DNA from: a virus
Virus record (IMG/VR): IMGVR_UViG_3300013132_000048
Coordinates: 3,726-67,725 of that record
Length of the DNA: 64,000 nt
Strand: one strand, 5' to 3'
The notes beneath the pieces are model-generated. The model saw only the letters and a program-made list of their open reading frames with translations, was not told the DNA's origin and made no database searches. Position numbers and translations under genes: made by a program. Shown piece by piece: positions 34,101-42,863 of the stretch (position 1 is the first letter of the stretch; every line of letters begins with the position of its first letter).

Positions 34101-34330
34101 TAGCATTGCTAAATATATCCAGTCTTCCCAGACCTGATATGTTTATTGTTGATGAAGGATGGGGTATATTAGACGAAGACAACATAAGTCGATGTATGGA
34201 ATTGTTTCTTTCTTTGAAAAATCATTTTAGAACAATTTTATTAATATCACATGTAAATCAAGTAAAAGAAATTGTAGATAAAATAATAGAAATTAAAAGT
34301 GATGGTTTAGAATCTCACGTAAGGATTTGA
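31112..34330 (+). CDS. Fused SbcD(Mre11/gp47)-SbcC(Rad50/gp46) recombination nuclease-ATPase
   Basis: N-terminal phosphoesterase motifs SDIH, TGDSFH, GNHD, FHG, GDIH. Then Walker A GPNKTGKS, Q-loop, coiled coil, ASGME signature, IVDEG Walker B and ISH. Confidence 0.9.
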   Translation: MLTVQISDIHWRGITRHQEYTEAFNRLYDKIKAIKPDLIINTGDSFHTKTQGITPEVIEKLTWMFRSLDEIAPTITILGNHDGNLSNNDRQDIVSPMFDALRLPRSILCKQSFSFNLEDKLPQIKGASKFRFHIYSPFDQDNWDKIQIDSRRINIGLFHGSMLGCETDQDFMLIEAEADLSYFKNIDFLLLGDIHKHQWISKRMDKDEVLKPWAAYPGSLIQQNFGEIESKGFLVWDLREKNDWDVNFHQLENKMPFITIPWMDNVFDTIQNVAVERKENAFLPGTRYRISSSQALSQIETKQLINELKENKKADEVTFKYEFINRLDTIDTDKGLSLSKTNLKTNIDGLQELFLQYLEAHKENISLTKEQLALAQDKIKDYLKQVNLQEPDLLHRNVSWTVKNLEFNNIFRYGEKNSIDFKNLDGIVGIFGPNKTGKSSIIGSLMYGLFNTTDRGPVKSSYIINKNKNNCSVDVTFNVDNTDYLARRQTSRVISKKQKDDDKTVTTLNLYRLEDGKKIELNSITREETDREIKKLIGTSNDFLLTALSSQGDMNKFINEGATQRKAILSKFLNLDLFEKLHSLCKEDYSIINERTKEYNSKDWASTLNKTFEEIEFLEKVIEDQEKEIQNSKEIIELHKIWFSKNQQQIEDVDLAKLQNNINKLSSEISSLETNEELSLKTSTSLKQQIKELKKANTEINIEELKEKALKLDELKKLLLDTKPSLSKETLILENQKKSIKKLEIVPCGDSFPTCHFIKDSHEDKKNYKKQLKEVEKIKSTVQELESTLEFLLQEKINERLNQFNLNEQKIKSLENDLNSILSKLDLIADQKSFISLKLAEDKVKLQEIKSRTTEEVQEEAEKRQETVSSLQVKIKSLESAIKQQLIKIGAKSEFLEKTKKEYNEGKGLIEKLKIHDAILNGFSKTGIPSIVLKTQLPTLNAEIEKILSGVTDFKIVLEMDVNSNAMDVFIQDSHSKRVIELASGMEKMICSIALRVALLNISSLPRPDMFIVDEGWGILDEDNISRCMELFLSLKNHFRTILLISHVNQVKEIVDKIIEIKSDGLESHVRI

Positions 34331-34331
34331 T

Positions 34332-34850
34332 ATGAAAAAAACAGAAGAGTCAGAAACAAAACAAAAAACAAAAAAACCTCCAACTAAAACTTTGGTCAAA
34401 AAACAATTGCCAACAATAGAAGAAGAGCAAGTCGTTGTAGACCTGGATCCATCAACAAATAAGTTTATTATTGAAACTAATATTTGTGAACCTTGGGCAG
34501 TATCTAACTTTACAATGCCAAAATTACTTTTTACAAAAAGTATTAATTCAAATGAGCAAAAAATAAAGGATAAAAGTTCAATTGGATTTGATTTGCATTA
34601 TGTAACAAAGCCAAATCAACCATTATCAATTGTAAAAGCTGCAAAAAATGGAATTGAAAAATTAAAACTGCATCATGTTGACGCCGAAGGCGCAATTCAA
34701 TCTACATGGACTTTTCTAAATGCTAGAATTGCTGGAATCGATTTCGGTTCTCTCTCATATGAAGCAGATGGAACAGAAGAAAAGCCATGGAATCAAATTA
34801 AAATTGAAGTTGAATATGAGAAACTTTTAATTGATGGATTCGAAGTTTAA
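34332..34850 (+). CDS. Divergent tail-tube (gp19-like) paralogue
   Basis: LKLHHVDAEGAIQSTWTFLNARIAGIDFGSLSY...IKIEVEYE resembles the C-terminal half of gp19-type tube proteins. Confidence 0.5.
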   Translation: MKKTEESETKQKTKKPPTKTLVKKQLPTIEEEQVVVDLDPSTNKFIIETNICEPWAVSNFTMPKLLFTKSINSNEQKIKDKSSIGFDLHYVTKPNQPLSIVKAAKNGIEKLKLHHVDAEGAIQSTWTFLNARIAGIDFGSLSYEADGTEEKPWNQIKIEVEYEKLLIDGFEV

Positions 34851-34908
34851 ATCTAAATTTTGATAGGATATTATCTAATAAACCCTTAACACATAAGTTG
34901 AGAATAAA

Positions 34909-35187
34909 ATGGGAAAAAAGAAGAAAGTAACAACTGTAAATTATAACAATTCACCAAATCCAATCGTCATTAAAATGATTAATCATTTTTCTGACCTACT
35001 AAAACTAGGGTATACGAATGATACCTGGACAGAGGCATCAATGGTTCTAAGAGATATTTCTAGAAATGTTTCTCAAGAAACCATGAATGACCTTGGGGTT
35101 CTTTGGTCGCTAGCATATGTAGCTACTGATTTAGTAGAGATTGATCGTAGAGTAGAAAAAGTAATAAGTACTCTGAATCCTCAGTGA
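34909..35187 (+). CDS. Hypothetical protein
   Basis: 92 aa ORF with a candidate extended -10 (TGATAGGAT 34861-34869) upstream and a terminator downstream. Confidence 0.55.
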   Translation: MGKKKKVTTVNYNNSPNPIVIKMINHFSDLLKLGYTNDTWTEASMVLRDISRNVSQETMNDLGVLWSLAYVATDLVEIDRRVEKVISTLNPQ

Positions 35188-35195
35188 TTCAAAAG

Positions 35196-35223
35196 AAAAA
35201 GCCCAGTAAAATGGGCTTTTTTT
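35196..35223 (+). terminator. Intrinsic terminator, possibly bidirectional
   Basis: AAAAAGCCCA-GTAAAA-TGGGCTTTTTTT hairpin with A-tract and T-tract. Confidence 0.75.
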
Positions 35224-35241
35224 ATTTTTATAGGATATATA

Positions 35242-36237
35242 ATGGAAAAAAGACCCATAATCTTAATTGATGGTTTTAATTTTTTTTTACGCCATTTTAT
35301 GGCAAATGAAGAAATAAATGACAAAGGAGAGCCTATAGGCGGAGTTATTGGATTCTTAAAAGGAATCAATATCTTTTTAGAAAAATTTTCTCCACAAAAA
35401 ATTATTGTCATTTGGGAAGCCGGTGGACCTTCTCCGAGAAGAAAAAGAATATATTCAGAATATAAATCTAATCGTGGAAAAGTAAAAGAATTTACAAAAT
35501 ATAAATCTGGTACAGGCGACATGAAGGATGTCCTCAGATTAGATGAAGAAACAAAAGTAAATCAACTTTTATTGTTATCAAAATTGTTAAAAACAACACC
35601 AATTCATCAAATTTTTGTTTCAGAAACAGAATGTGATGATATTATTGGATATTTGATTCGAGGGAAATTAGCAAATGAAAAAGCTAAAAAAATAATAGTA
35701 TCCTCAGATAAAGACTTTATTCAACTTTTAGATGATATTTCTGTAGAAATATATGATCCAGCAACTAAATCTTTGGTAAACGAAGAAAAAGTATTGGAAA
35801 AATATTCTATTTCACCTAAAAATTTCTGCTTGGCAAAAACTCTAGTAGGAGACGAGAGTGATAATATAAAGGGTATTATGGGAGCAGGATGGAAAACTGT
35901 AGCAAAAAGATTTCCAGTTCTTTCAGAAAAAAATAAAGATGTAATGATTTCTGATTTATTAGAAATCTCAAAACTAAATTTAAACTCTAAAAAGCAAATT
36001 AAAATATATAATGATGTTCTTATTAATGAAGAATTAATAAAAAGAAATTGGAGTTTAATGTACCTCAATATATCTACATTATCAGCCAGTCAAATCAATA
36101 AAATTGATAACACGATAGATAGCCAAGAATATAAAATGGATAAATTGTCATTCATAAAAATTTTACTAGAGGCAGGTGTTTCCACTAATTTAGACATAGA
36201 TGGGTTTTGTTCAGATTTAAGAAATTTATTACATTAA
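35242..36237 (+). CDS. 5'-3' exonuclease / flap endonuclease (T4 RNase H-like)
   Basis: ILIDGFN, RRKRIYSEYKSNR, ECDDIIG, SSDKDFIQL and LVGDESDNIKGIMGAGWKT motifs. Confidence 0.9.
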   Translation: MEKRPIILIDGFNFFLRHFMANEEINDKGEPIGGVIGFLKGINIFLEKFSPQKIIVIWEAGGPSPRRKRIYSEYKSNRGKVKEFTKYKSGTGDMKDVLRLDEETKVNQLLLLSKLLKTTPIHQIFVSETECDDIIGYLIRGKLANEKAKKIIVSSDKDFIQLLDDISVEIYDPATKSLVNEEKVLEKYSISPKNFCLAKTLVGDESDNIKGIMGAGWKTVAKRFPVLSEKNKDVMISDLLEISKLNLNSKKQIKIYNDVLINEELIKRNWSLMYLNISTLSASQINKIDNTIDSQEYKMDKLSFIKILLEAGVSTNLDIDGFCSDLRNLLH

Positions 36238-36269
36238 ATTGAAGAATAGTTTATTCAACATTTCTAATG

Positions 36270-36278
36270 TGTTAGGTT
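36270..36278 (+). promoter_or_regulatory. Candidate extended -10 promoter for the helicase gene
   Basis: TGTTAGGTT fits TGn-TAnnnT; GGAG RBS at 36297-36300. Confidence 0.35.
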
Positions 36279-36305
36279 CGAAGAAGTTCCTCAACTGGAG
36301 TAGTT

Positions 36306-37760
36306 ATGAATACAATGAGTGCAGTAGCAGAGAAACAAATTTTTGAAAAAGAAATTCAGCAGCAGCAACAACAACAGCAGAGCAAAGTTTTCTCTTTTGA
36401 TAGAAGCTTTCAAGAAAAAATTGTACAAGCTTGCCTTGTAGATCGGTTATGGGCTTCGCAATTTTCAGAAGTCCTAGATGTAAATTACTTTCAATTCCCA
36501 TATCTTAAGCTTATAGCTTTTGAATATTTTCAATATCACAACAAATATAAGGAATTTCCTTCTTTTGAATTATTGCTTAATATTCTTAAAGATAAATTGA
36601 AATCAGACAAAGATTCTCTCTTACGAGAACAAATCAAGTCTTTTCTTGTTAAAGTAAAAGACAATGAAGATCTAGGAGATTTGGGATATGTTAAAGATAA
36701 GTCTCTAGACTTTTGTAAAAAAGTAGGATTACAGAAAGCCCTAGAACAATCAGTAGACCTTCTTGAAACGGAAAAATACGAAAAGATCGTTGATCTTATT
36801 AAAAATGCTATTACCGCTGGCAATAGCAATACACCAGGACTAGATCTATTCTCTGATGTTGATGCTAGATATAGTGAAACATTCCGTAAAACAGTAGCTA
36901 CCGGAGTAATGGAGTTAGATCAACGAAAAATTCTTAATGGCGGCTTAGGAGCTGGTGAATTAGGTGTAGTTATTGCTCCGACCGGTGCAGGTAAAACACA
37001 TGTATTAGTTCATTTGGGTGCTCAAGCATTAAAACAATGCAAAAATGTTTTATATTATAGCTATGAATTAAATGAAAGAGCAATAGGCGTTCGTTTTGAT
37101 TCTCATCTTTTAGAAATAAACTCTACAGATTGTTACGAACAAAGAGAGAGAATTAAAAAGTTTTATGAAGAAAATTCAGAGAATCTTGGAAGATTAAAAG
37201 TGAAATATTATCCAACTGGTTCCGCTACTGTAAATACAATAAGATCACATGTGGAAAAATTAGGAGTACAAGAAAAATTTCGACCAGATTTAATCATTAT
37301 TGATTATGCTGGTATTATGCGTTCAACAGAAAAATATGAACTTCTTCGTCTTGAATTAAAAAAGGTGTACGAAGAATTGCGTTCTCTAGCAAATGAACTT
37401 GATGTTCCAATTTGGACAGCCTCTCAATCAAATAAAGAGGGTGCCGATAAAGATGTAGTTGATTTAACAAATATGGCAGAAGCTTATGGACAAGCTCACG
37501 TAGCAGATTTCATTCTTGGTCTTTCAAGAAAATCTGCCGATAAATCAACTGGATATGGAAATATTTTTGTTGCTAAAAATCGTGCAGGCATGGATGGTGT
37601 CAAATATCATATTCATCTTGATACTGGAAAATCATTACTTAGAGTAATAACAGAAGATGAAATCAGAAATATTTCTACCGAAGAGGAAGATGTGTCAGAA
37701 GATTCTATGAAATTCCTAAGAAGAAGATTTAAGGAAATGCAAAGAAAAAATGATCGTTGA
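36306..37760 (+). CDS. Replicative DNA helicase (DnaB/gp41-like, SF4)
   Basis: GELGVVIAPTGAGKT Walker A; YYSYEL, IIIDYA, WTASQ, AEAYG and KNR motifs. Confidence 0.9.
   Translation: MNTMSAVAEKQIFEKEIQQQQQQQQSKVFSFDRSFQEKIVQACLVDRLWASQFSEVLDVNYFQFPYLKLIAFEYFQYHNKYKEFPSFELLLNILKDKLKSDKDSLLREQIKSFLVKVKDNEDLGDLGYVKDKSLDFCKKVGLQKALEQSVDLLETEKYEKIVDLIKNAITAGNSNTPGLDLFSDVDARYSETFRKTVATGVMELDQRKILNGGLGAGELGVVIAPTGAGKTHVLVHLGAQALKQCKNVLYYSYELNERAIGVRFDSHLLEINSTDCYEQRERIKKFYEENSENLGRLKVKYYPTGSATVNTIRSHVEKLGVQEKFRPDLIIIDYAGIMRSTEKYELLRLELKKVYEELRSLANELDVPIWTASQSNKEGADKDVVDLTNMAEAYGQAHVADFILGLSRKSADKSTGYGNIFVAKNRAGMDGVKYHIHLDTGKSLLRVITEDEIRNISTEEEDVSEDSMKFLRRRFKEMQRKNDR
36357..36380 (+). repeat. CAG/CAA trinucleotide tract encoding Q8
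   Basis: (CAG)3(CAA)3(CAG)2 in frame near the helicase N-terminus. Confidence 0.9.
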
Positions 37761-37808
37761 AAGAAATTCAATAATTAAAATTTAATAATCAGACAAATTA
37801 GGTGAGAT

Positions 37809-38789
37809 ATGGCTCTATTAGAACGCAGATTAAATTATAAACCCTTTTTATATCCAGAAAGTTATAACTACTGGCTTAAGCAACAGCAAGCGCATTGGCT
37901 TTCTTCTGAGGTTACTCTTAATCAAGACCTTCTTGATTGGAATATGAACCTTACGCCCTCAGAGAAGTCTATTATTGGTGGCATTCTAAAGGGATTTACT
38001 CAAACCGAAATATTCGTAAATGATTATTGGTCTAATAAGGTAGGTCGTTGGTTCCAGCATCCAGAAGTTGTTATGGCTGCTACAACTATGGCTTCCTTTG
38101 AAACCATCCATACACAAGCTTATTCTCTACTTGATGAAACCCTTGGATTTGCTGATTATGAAGCATTTCTTGCGGAACCAACCATCAAAGCCAAGATTGA
38201 TCGTCTTGTAGAAACTGGTAATATTGATACAGCCAATATGACAACAGAGAAAAAGATGGTAATGGCTAAATCTCTTGCTGTATTCTCTGCATTTACGGAA
38301 GGCGTTTCTCTTTTCTCTTCATTTGCTGTCCTTTTGCATTTCTCTCGTTATAATAAAATGAAAGGTATGAGCCAGATTGTCACATGGAGCATTAAGGATG
38401 AAACTCTGCATTCAGAATTTGGCTGCTATCTTTTTAGAAAGTTTATAGAAGAAAATCCTGAAATCTGGAACGATGAGTTTAAGAAAGAAATCTACCAAGC
38501 AGCAAGAGATACTGTAGCTTTAGAAGATAACTTTATTGATAATGTATTTCAACATGGAGATATTGAGGGTCTTACAAAGGAAGATTTAAAGGATTTCATT
38601 AGACACCGCACAAACATGCAACTTGGTAAGCTCGGTTTAAAACAAAACTGGAAGAATGTAGACAAGGAAGCATTGAAACGTATGGAATGGTTTGATGCTA
38701 TTGGCGCTGGAGTCAGACTTGATGATTTCTTTAGCGTTAAACCAACGGACTATAGTAAAGGTGTTGTAAACTTTGATGAAATGTTTTAA
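37809..38789 (+). CDS. nrdB: Class I ribonucleotide reductase beta subunit
   Basis: FTQTE, FETIHTQAY, EGVSLFSSF, DETLH and C-terminal DFF...DY ferritin-like motifs. Confidence 0.93.
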   Translation: MALLERRLNYKPFLYPESYNYWLKQQQAHWLSSEVTLNQDLLDWNMNLTPSEKSIIGGILKGFTQTEIFVNDYWSNKVGRWFQHPEVVMAATTMASFETIHTQAYSLLDETLGFADYEAFLAEPTIKAKIDRLVETGNIDTANMTTEKKMVMAKSLAVFSAFTEGVSLFSSFAVLLHFSRYNKMKGMSQIVTWSIKDETLHSEFGCYLFRKFIEENPEIWNDEFKKEIYQAARDTVALEDNFIDNVFQHGDIEGLTKEDLKDFIRHRTNMQLGKLGLKQNWKNVDKEALKRMEWFDAIGAGVRLDDFFSVKPTDYSKGVVNFDEMF

Positions 38790-38820
38790 TTAAGAGAAGT
38801 TTATTTTCATTTATTTTATG

Positions 38821-38829
38821 TGCTATTGT
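38821..38829 (+). promoter_or_regulatory. Candidate extended -10 promoter for nrdA
   Basis: TGCTATTGT in the nrdB-nrdA gap. Confidence 0.35.
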
Positions 38830-38864
38830 GTGTTTAAGATAAGGTGTCAATTTTAGAGGATTAT

Positions 38865-41800
38865 ATGAAGACATTAGAACAATTAAAAGCAGAAGGGGAA
38901 GCCCCAAGCTGGCTAACGAGCGATGCATTCCAGACTTTGAATGGCGGCTACCTTTGGAATGATGAAACTCCAAAGGCTATGTATCGCCGTGTAGCTACGA
39001 GCGTAGCCCTTTCTCTTAAGAAGCCAGAACTTGCAGATAAGTTCTTTGATATCATGTGGAAAAACTGGCTATGCCCTTCTACTCCAGTTTTATGTAACGC
39101 AGGAACAACTAGAGGATTACCTATAAGTTGCTTAACTGGAGATTCTTGGGTCAATACAAAATCCGGGGGAAAACAGATTAAAGATATCCAGATTGGAGAA
39201 CTTGTTCTTACTCACAAGGGTCGTTGGCGTAGAGTTATTTCAAAAACTTCACAACAATCTAAAGATCCAATTTATGTTCTTAAAGTTCGGACAAGAATGA
39301 CTCCTATTAAAATAACAGGGAATCATTTAGTTCTAACGAATTTAGGTTGGATACGTGTCGATGAACTTAATCCATCTAAACATTGGATTGCCGTTAATAA
39401 AGATATTGAATTTGAGGAAAAAAATCACATTATTTCATTGAAAGAATATTGTTCATATTCATATAAAGAGCACAATGGAAAAATTTGTAAAATTCAAGAA
39501 ACAAAATCAAAAAAGAAGCGAGATATCCTAAAAGAACAAATTGTATCATCTCATTCACAGCCATATGCAAATATACCTGTTGACGAAGAAGTGGCTTGGG
39601 CTCTTGGATTATGGTTTGCAGAAGGAAGCAGATCGCAGAATCATAAAAAACTAGCGACTGGCATACGAATTACGATAGGTTCAGATGAAGAACATTATGC
39701 AAAACGTTTTCTTGACATAATGAAAGAAAAATTTAATTTAAATGGAAATTATTATTTTTCCGAAAGACCAAACCCAAATAAACCTGGATATATGAATTCC
39801 TGGATCTCTGTAAATGTGAACGGAAGATTAATAGGAGAATTCTTTGATAAAGAATTTGGAATTGGCTGCAAGAATAAGCAAATTCCTGAATGGATTACTG
39901 CTTTACCAAAACCAATTTTAAAATCGTTTGTTCAAGGAGTTTTAGATGGAGATGGAAGTCGTAGTGCATCTGGAACTGATAAAATTACATTAGCAAATGG
40001 ACCAATGATATTGGGACTGTATAATTCTTTATTGAAGCTTAATATTCCTTGTTCGCTACAAATGCAGACAAAAGCATCTAAGCTTTCAAAAGATTCTTTT
40101 GTTTATACGATTGACATGTATAATGGATATGACATGTCAAAGGCAAGAAAAAGACCATCTGTAGGTATTCAATTTGAAAACAATCTTTATGCACCAATAG
40201 CAAGTTTGGTAAAAACTGATATGAAAGAAGAAGTATTTGATATTGGAGTCGAAGAAGACCATTCTTTTTCAGTGAGTGGAGTCGTTGTACACAATTGTTT
40301 TTCATCATACATGGCTGATGATACCTATGAGATCCTTGAAACCCTACAGGAAGTAGCAATGCTATCCAAGTATGGTGGTGGAACGGCTATACACGTTAAT
40401 GATGTTCGTGCTAAAGGTGCTCCAATCTCTAAGGGTGGACATTCAGATGGTGTAGTTCCATTCCTTAAAATGGCAGATAGCGTTATTCTTGGCATATCTC
40501 AAGGTTCTACCCGCAGGGGGGCGTGTGCTGCATACATTGATATTGAACATGGCGATTTTGATGAGTTTTTACAATCCCGCAGACCTACGGGAGACGTTAA
40601 CAGACAATGTCTTAATCTTCATCATGGTGTATGTGTTTCTAATGCGTTTATAGACAAGGTAAAGGCTGGAGATGTAGAAGCCCGGAGACGTTGGAAAGAG
40701 CTGATTAAGAGCCGTGTAGAGACAGGAGAACCCTATGTTTTCTTTACGGACAATGCTAATGATCAAGCGCCGCCTGTATTAAAAGAAACCGGTATTAAAC
40801 TTAAAGGTTCAAACCTTTGTGTAACGGGAGATCAATTAGTTGTAACTTCTAAAGGATTACGTAGTGTTCTTGATCTTGTCAATTCTGGAGAAGAATTAAC
40901 TTTGTTTGATGGAACTAAGACAGTAAATGCTTCTCCCATGAAGTTAATAGAAAAAAATGTCCCTGTTTATCGTATTACTACAAAAACTGGTCGAACACAT
41001 GATGTTACGTCATATCACAAAATAAAAACAACTCGTGGAATGATTGCGTGTGAAGAACTAAAAGCTGGAGATAAAATTTTTGTTCAACGTAAGGAAGGCT
41101 TGTTTGGAAATGCTCATAAACCAGAGTTAGCATTCTTACTAGGACTTTATCATGCAGACGGTACACAGACAGACAAATGTGTATATATTGATATCTGGGA
41201 AAATGATTTTAAGCTTCGTTCAGAGATAGAAGAAGCGGTAAAAAAAGTTTACACACAAGAGAATTGGCTTCAATACGATGTTAAAAATCAAACCGGCAAA
41301 ATTGTTGGCAAAAGGAAAGCAAAAATTCCAACTTTCATAAGGCAAAATACCGGTACGTCAAGCGTTCAAAAACTTCGTCTTGGGTCATCTAATTTAAAAA
41401 AATTTGGTTTTAAAAAAGGTGTAATACCAGACTGGATTTATCAAGGTGATAAAGAAACCATTTCTCAATATCTTAGAGGCTTATATATTGCAGATGGAAC
41501 AATCAATGTTTCTAAATCGTATGGAAATCCTCTATATCTTTCATTAGTTTCAATTGATCGTGATTTTCTTGGAAAAATACAAATAATTCTTTCTAATCTT
41601 GGTATTGAATCAAAAGTATATTCATTGAGAAAAGCGGGTAAAAGTTTACTTCCTGATGGGAAGGGCGGGAACAAATATTACGACACAAAAGAATGTTGGC
41701 GTTTAAATATTAGCAATAAAACCGATGCAATAAAGTTTGATAAGCTTACAGGATTTCTCACGTATAAAGGAAAATCTATTCAAGAAAGAAAATATAGAGA

Positions 41801-42845
41801 TAATACCCAAAAAAATGATGAAGTAATTTCAGTAACTTATTTGAATAATCAAGATGTGTATTGTACAACGGTTGATTCAAAAGAACATGTTTGGGTTTGT
41901 AATTCTTTTATAACTTCAAATTGTTCCGAAATCTTCCTTCCAACAGACAAGGATCATACATTCGTTTGTTGCCTATCTTCCCTTAATCTTGCAAGATGGG
42001 ATGAATGGAAAGACACGGACACGGTTCAACTATCCGTATGGTTCCTTGATGGTATAATGGAAGAGTTTATCCAGAAGGCATCCGGTCTTCGTGGTTTTGA
42101 AAGAGCTTTGAGATTTGCTACAAAATCCCGTGCTCTTGGACTTGGTGTTCTCGGTCTACACTCATACTTCCAAAAGAATATGATTGCTTTTGATAGCCTA
42201 CAAGCTTATCTCCAGAATAAGATTATATTCAAGAAGATTAGAGAAGAAGCTGAGTTAGCAACATCAGCCCTTGCTGCTGAATATGGTGAACCAGAGTGGT
42301 GTAAGGGTCATGGCAGAAGAAATGCTACCCTTATGGCTATAGCTCCTACTGTATCTAACTCCCTTATTGCTTCTAACGTATCCCAAGGTATTGAGCCATG
42401 GATTGCTAATGCATTTGCCCAAAAGAGTGCAAAAGGAACATTCGTAAGAAGAAATCCAGAACTTGAGAAGCTTCTTAAGAGCATTGGACAGGATACAGAC
42501 GAAGTTTGGGGTTCAATCCTAAAGAATGATGGCTCGGTTCAACAGTTAGAATGCTTAACCGCTGAACAGAAGGAAGTATTCCTTACCGCAAGAGAGTTAA
42601 ATCAGTTTGCCATCGTTAAGTTGGCGGCTGAAAGACAGAAGTTTGTTGATCAAGGTCAAAGCATCAATATCTTCTTCCCAGCTAACAGCGATCCAAAGTA
42701 TATCAATCAAGTTCATTTGGAAGCTGCTAATAGCGGATTAAAGAGCCTATATTATCTCCGTTCCACATCTGTTCTTAAAGCTGAACAGAACAGTAATGCG
42801 GTATATAAGAGAGAACTAACAGAATGCACTTGGTGCGAAGGATGA
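38865..42845 (+). CDS. nrdA: Class I ribonucleotide reductase alpha subunit with two inteins (mature protein ~569 aa, no ATP cone)
   Basis: Start ATG 38865 with GAGGA. STPVL..GLPIS|C, SKYGGG, QGSTRRGA, TGEPY, GSNL|CSE, CCLSSLN, AIAPT, SLYY and C-terminal CTWCEG. Confidence 0.95.
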   Translation: MKTLEQLKAEGEAPSWLTSDAFQTLNGGYLWNDETPKAMYRRVATSVALSLKKPELADKFFDIMWKNWLCPSTPVLCNAGTTRGLPISCLTGDSWVNTKSGGKQIKDIQIGELVLTHKGRWRRVISKTSQQSKDPIYVLKVRTRMTPIKITGNHLVLTNLGWIRVDELNPSKHWIAVNKDIEFEEKNHIISLKEYCSYSYKEHNGKICKIQETKSKKKRDILKEQIVSSHSQPYANIPVDEEVAWALGLWFAEGSRSQNHKKLATGIRITIGSDEEHYAKRFLDIMKEKFNLNGNYYFSERPNPNKPGYMNSWISVNVNGRLIGEFFDKEFGIGCKNKQIPEWITALPKPILKSFVQGVLDGDGSRSASGTDKITLANGPMILGLYNSLLKLNIPCSLQMQTKASKLSKDSFVYTIDMYNGYDMSKARKRPSVGIQFENNLYAPIASLVKTDMKEEVFDIGVEEDHSFSVSGVVVHNCFSSYMADDTYEILETLQEVAMLSKYGGGTAIHVNDVRAKGAPISKGGHSDGVVPFLKMADSVILGISQGSTRRGACAAYIDIEHGDFDEFLQSRRPTGDVNRQCLNLHHGVCVSNAFIDKVKAGDVEARRRWKELIKSRVETGEPYVFFTDNANDQAPPVLKETGIKLKGSNLCVTGDQLVVTSKGLRSVLDLVNSGEELTLFDGTKTVNASPMKLIEKNVPVYRITTKTGRTHDVTSYHKIKTTRGMIACEELKAGDKIFVQRKEGLFGNAHKPELAFLLGLYHADGTQTDKCVYIDIWENDFKLRSEIEEAVKKVYTQENWLQYDVKNQTGKIVGKRKAKIPTFIRQNTGTSSVQKLRLGSSNLKKFGFKKGVIPDWIYQGDKETISQYLRGLYIADGTINVSKSYGNPLYLSLVSIDRDFLGKIQIILSNLGIESKVYSLRKAGKSLLPDGKGGNKYYDTKECWRLNISNKTDAIKFDKLTGFLTYKGKSIQERKYRDNTQKNDEVISVTYLNNQDVYCTTVDSKEHVWVCNSFITSNCSEIFLPTDKDHTFVCCLSSLNLARWDEWKDTDTVQLSVWFLDGIMEEFIQKASGLRGFERALRFATKSRALGLGVLGLHSYFQKNMIAFDSLQAYLQNKIIFKKIREEAELATSALAAEYGEPEWCKGHGRRNATLMAIAPTVSNSLIASNVSQGIEPWIANAFAQKSAKGTFVRRNPELEKLLKSIGQDTDEVWGSILKNDGSVQQLECLTAEQKEVFLTARELNQFAIVKLAAERQKFVDQGQSINIFFPANSDPKYINQVHLEAANSGLKSLYYLRSTSVLKAEQNSNAVYKRELTECTWCEG
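39129..40295 (+). mobile_element. Intein 1 in NrdA (389 aa, LAGLIDADG endonuclease)
   Basis: Begins CLTGDS, block B ITGNHLVLT, LAGLIDADG motifs WALGLWFAEGS and FVQGVLDGDGS, ends VVHN followed by +1 Cys. Confidence 0.93.
40818..41921 (+). mobile_element. Intein 2 in NrdA (368 aa, LAGLIDADG endonuclease)
   Basis: Begins CVTGDQ, block B VTSYHKI, motifs FLLGLYHADGT and YLRGLYIADGT, ends FITSN followed by +1 Cys of the NLCxE motif. Confidence 0.93.
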
Positions 42846-42863
42846 AAGATAATATATATTGAT

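Noticed and set aside
36293-36305. Hairpin AACT-GGAGT-AGTT enclosing the helicase RBS
   Set aside because: Only four weak base pairs; not distinguishable from chance.
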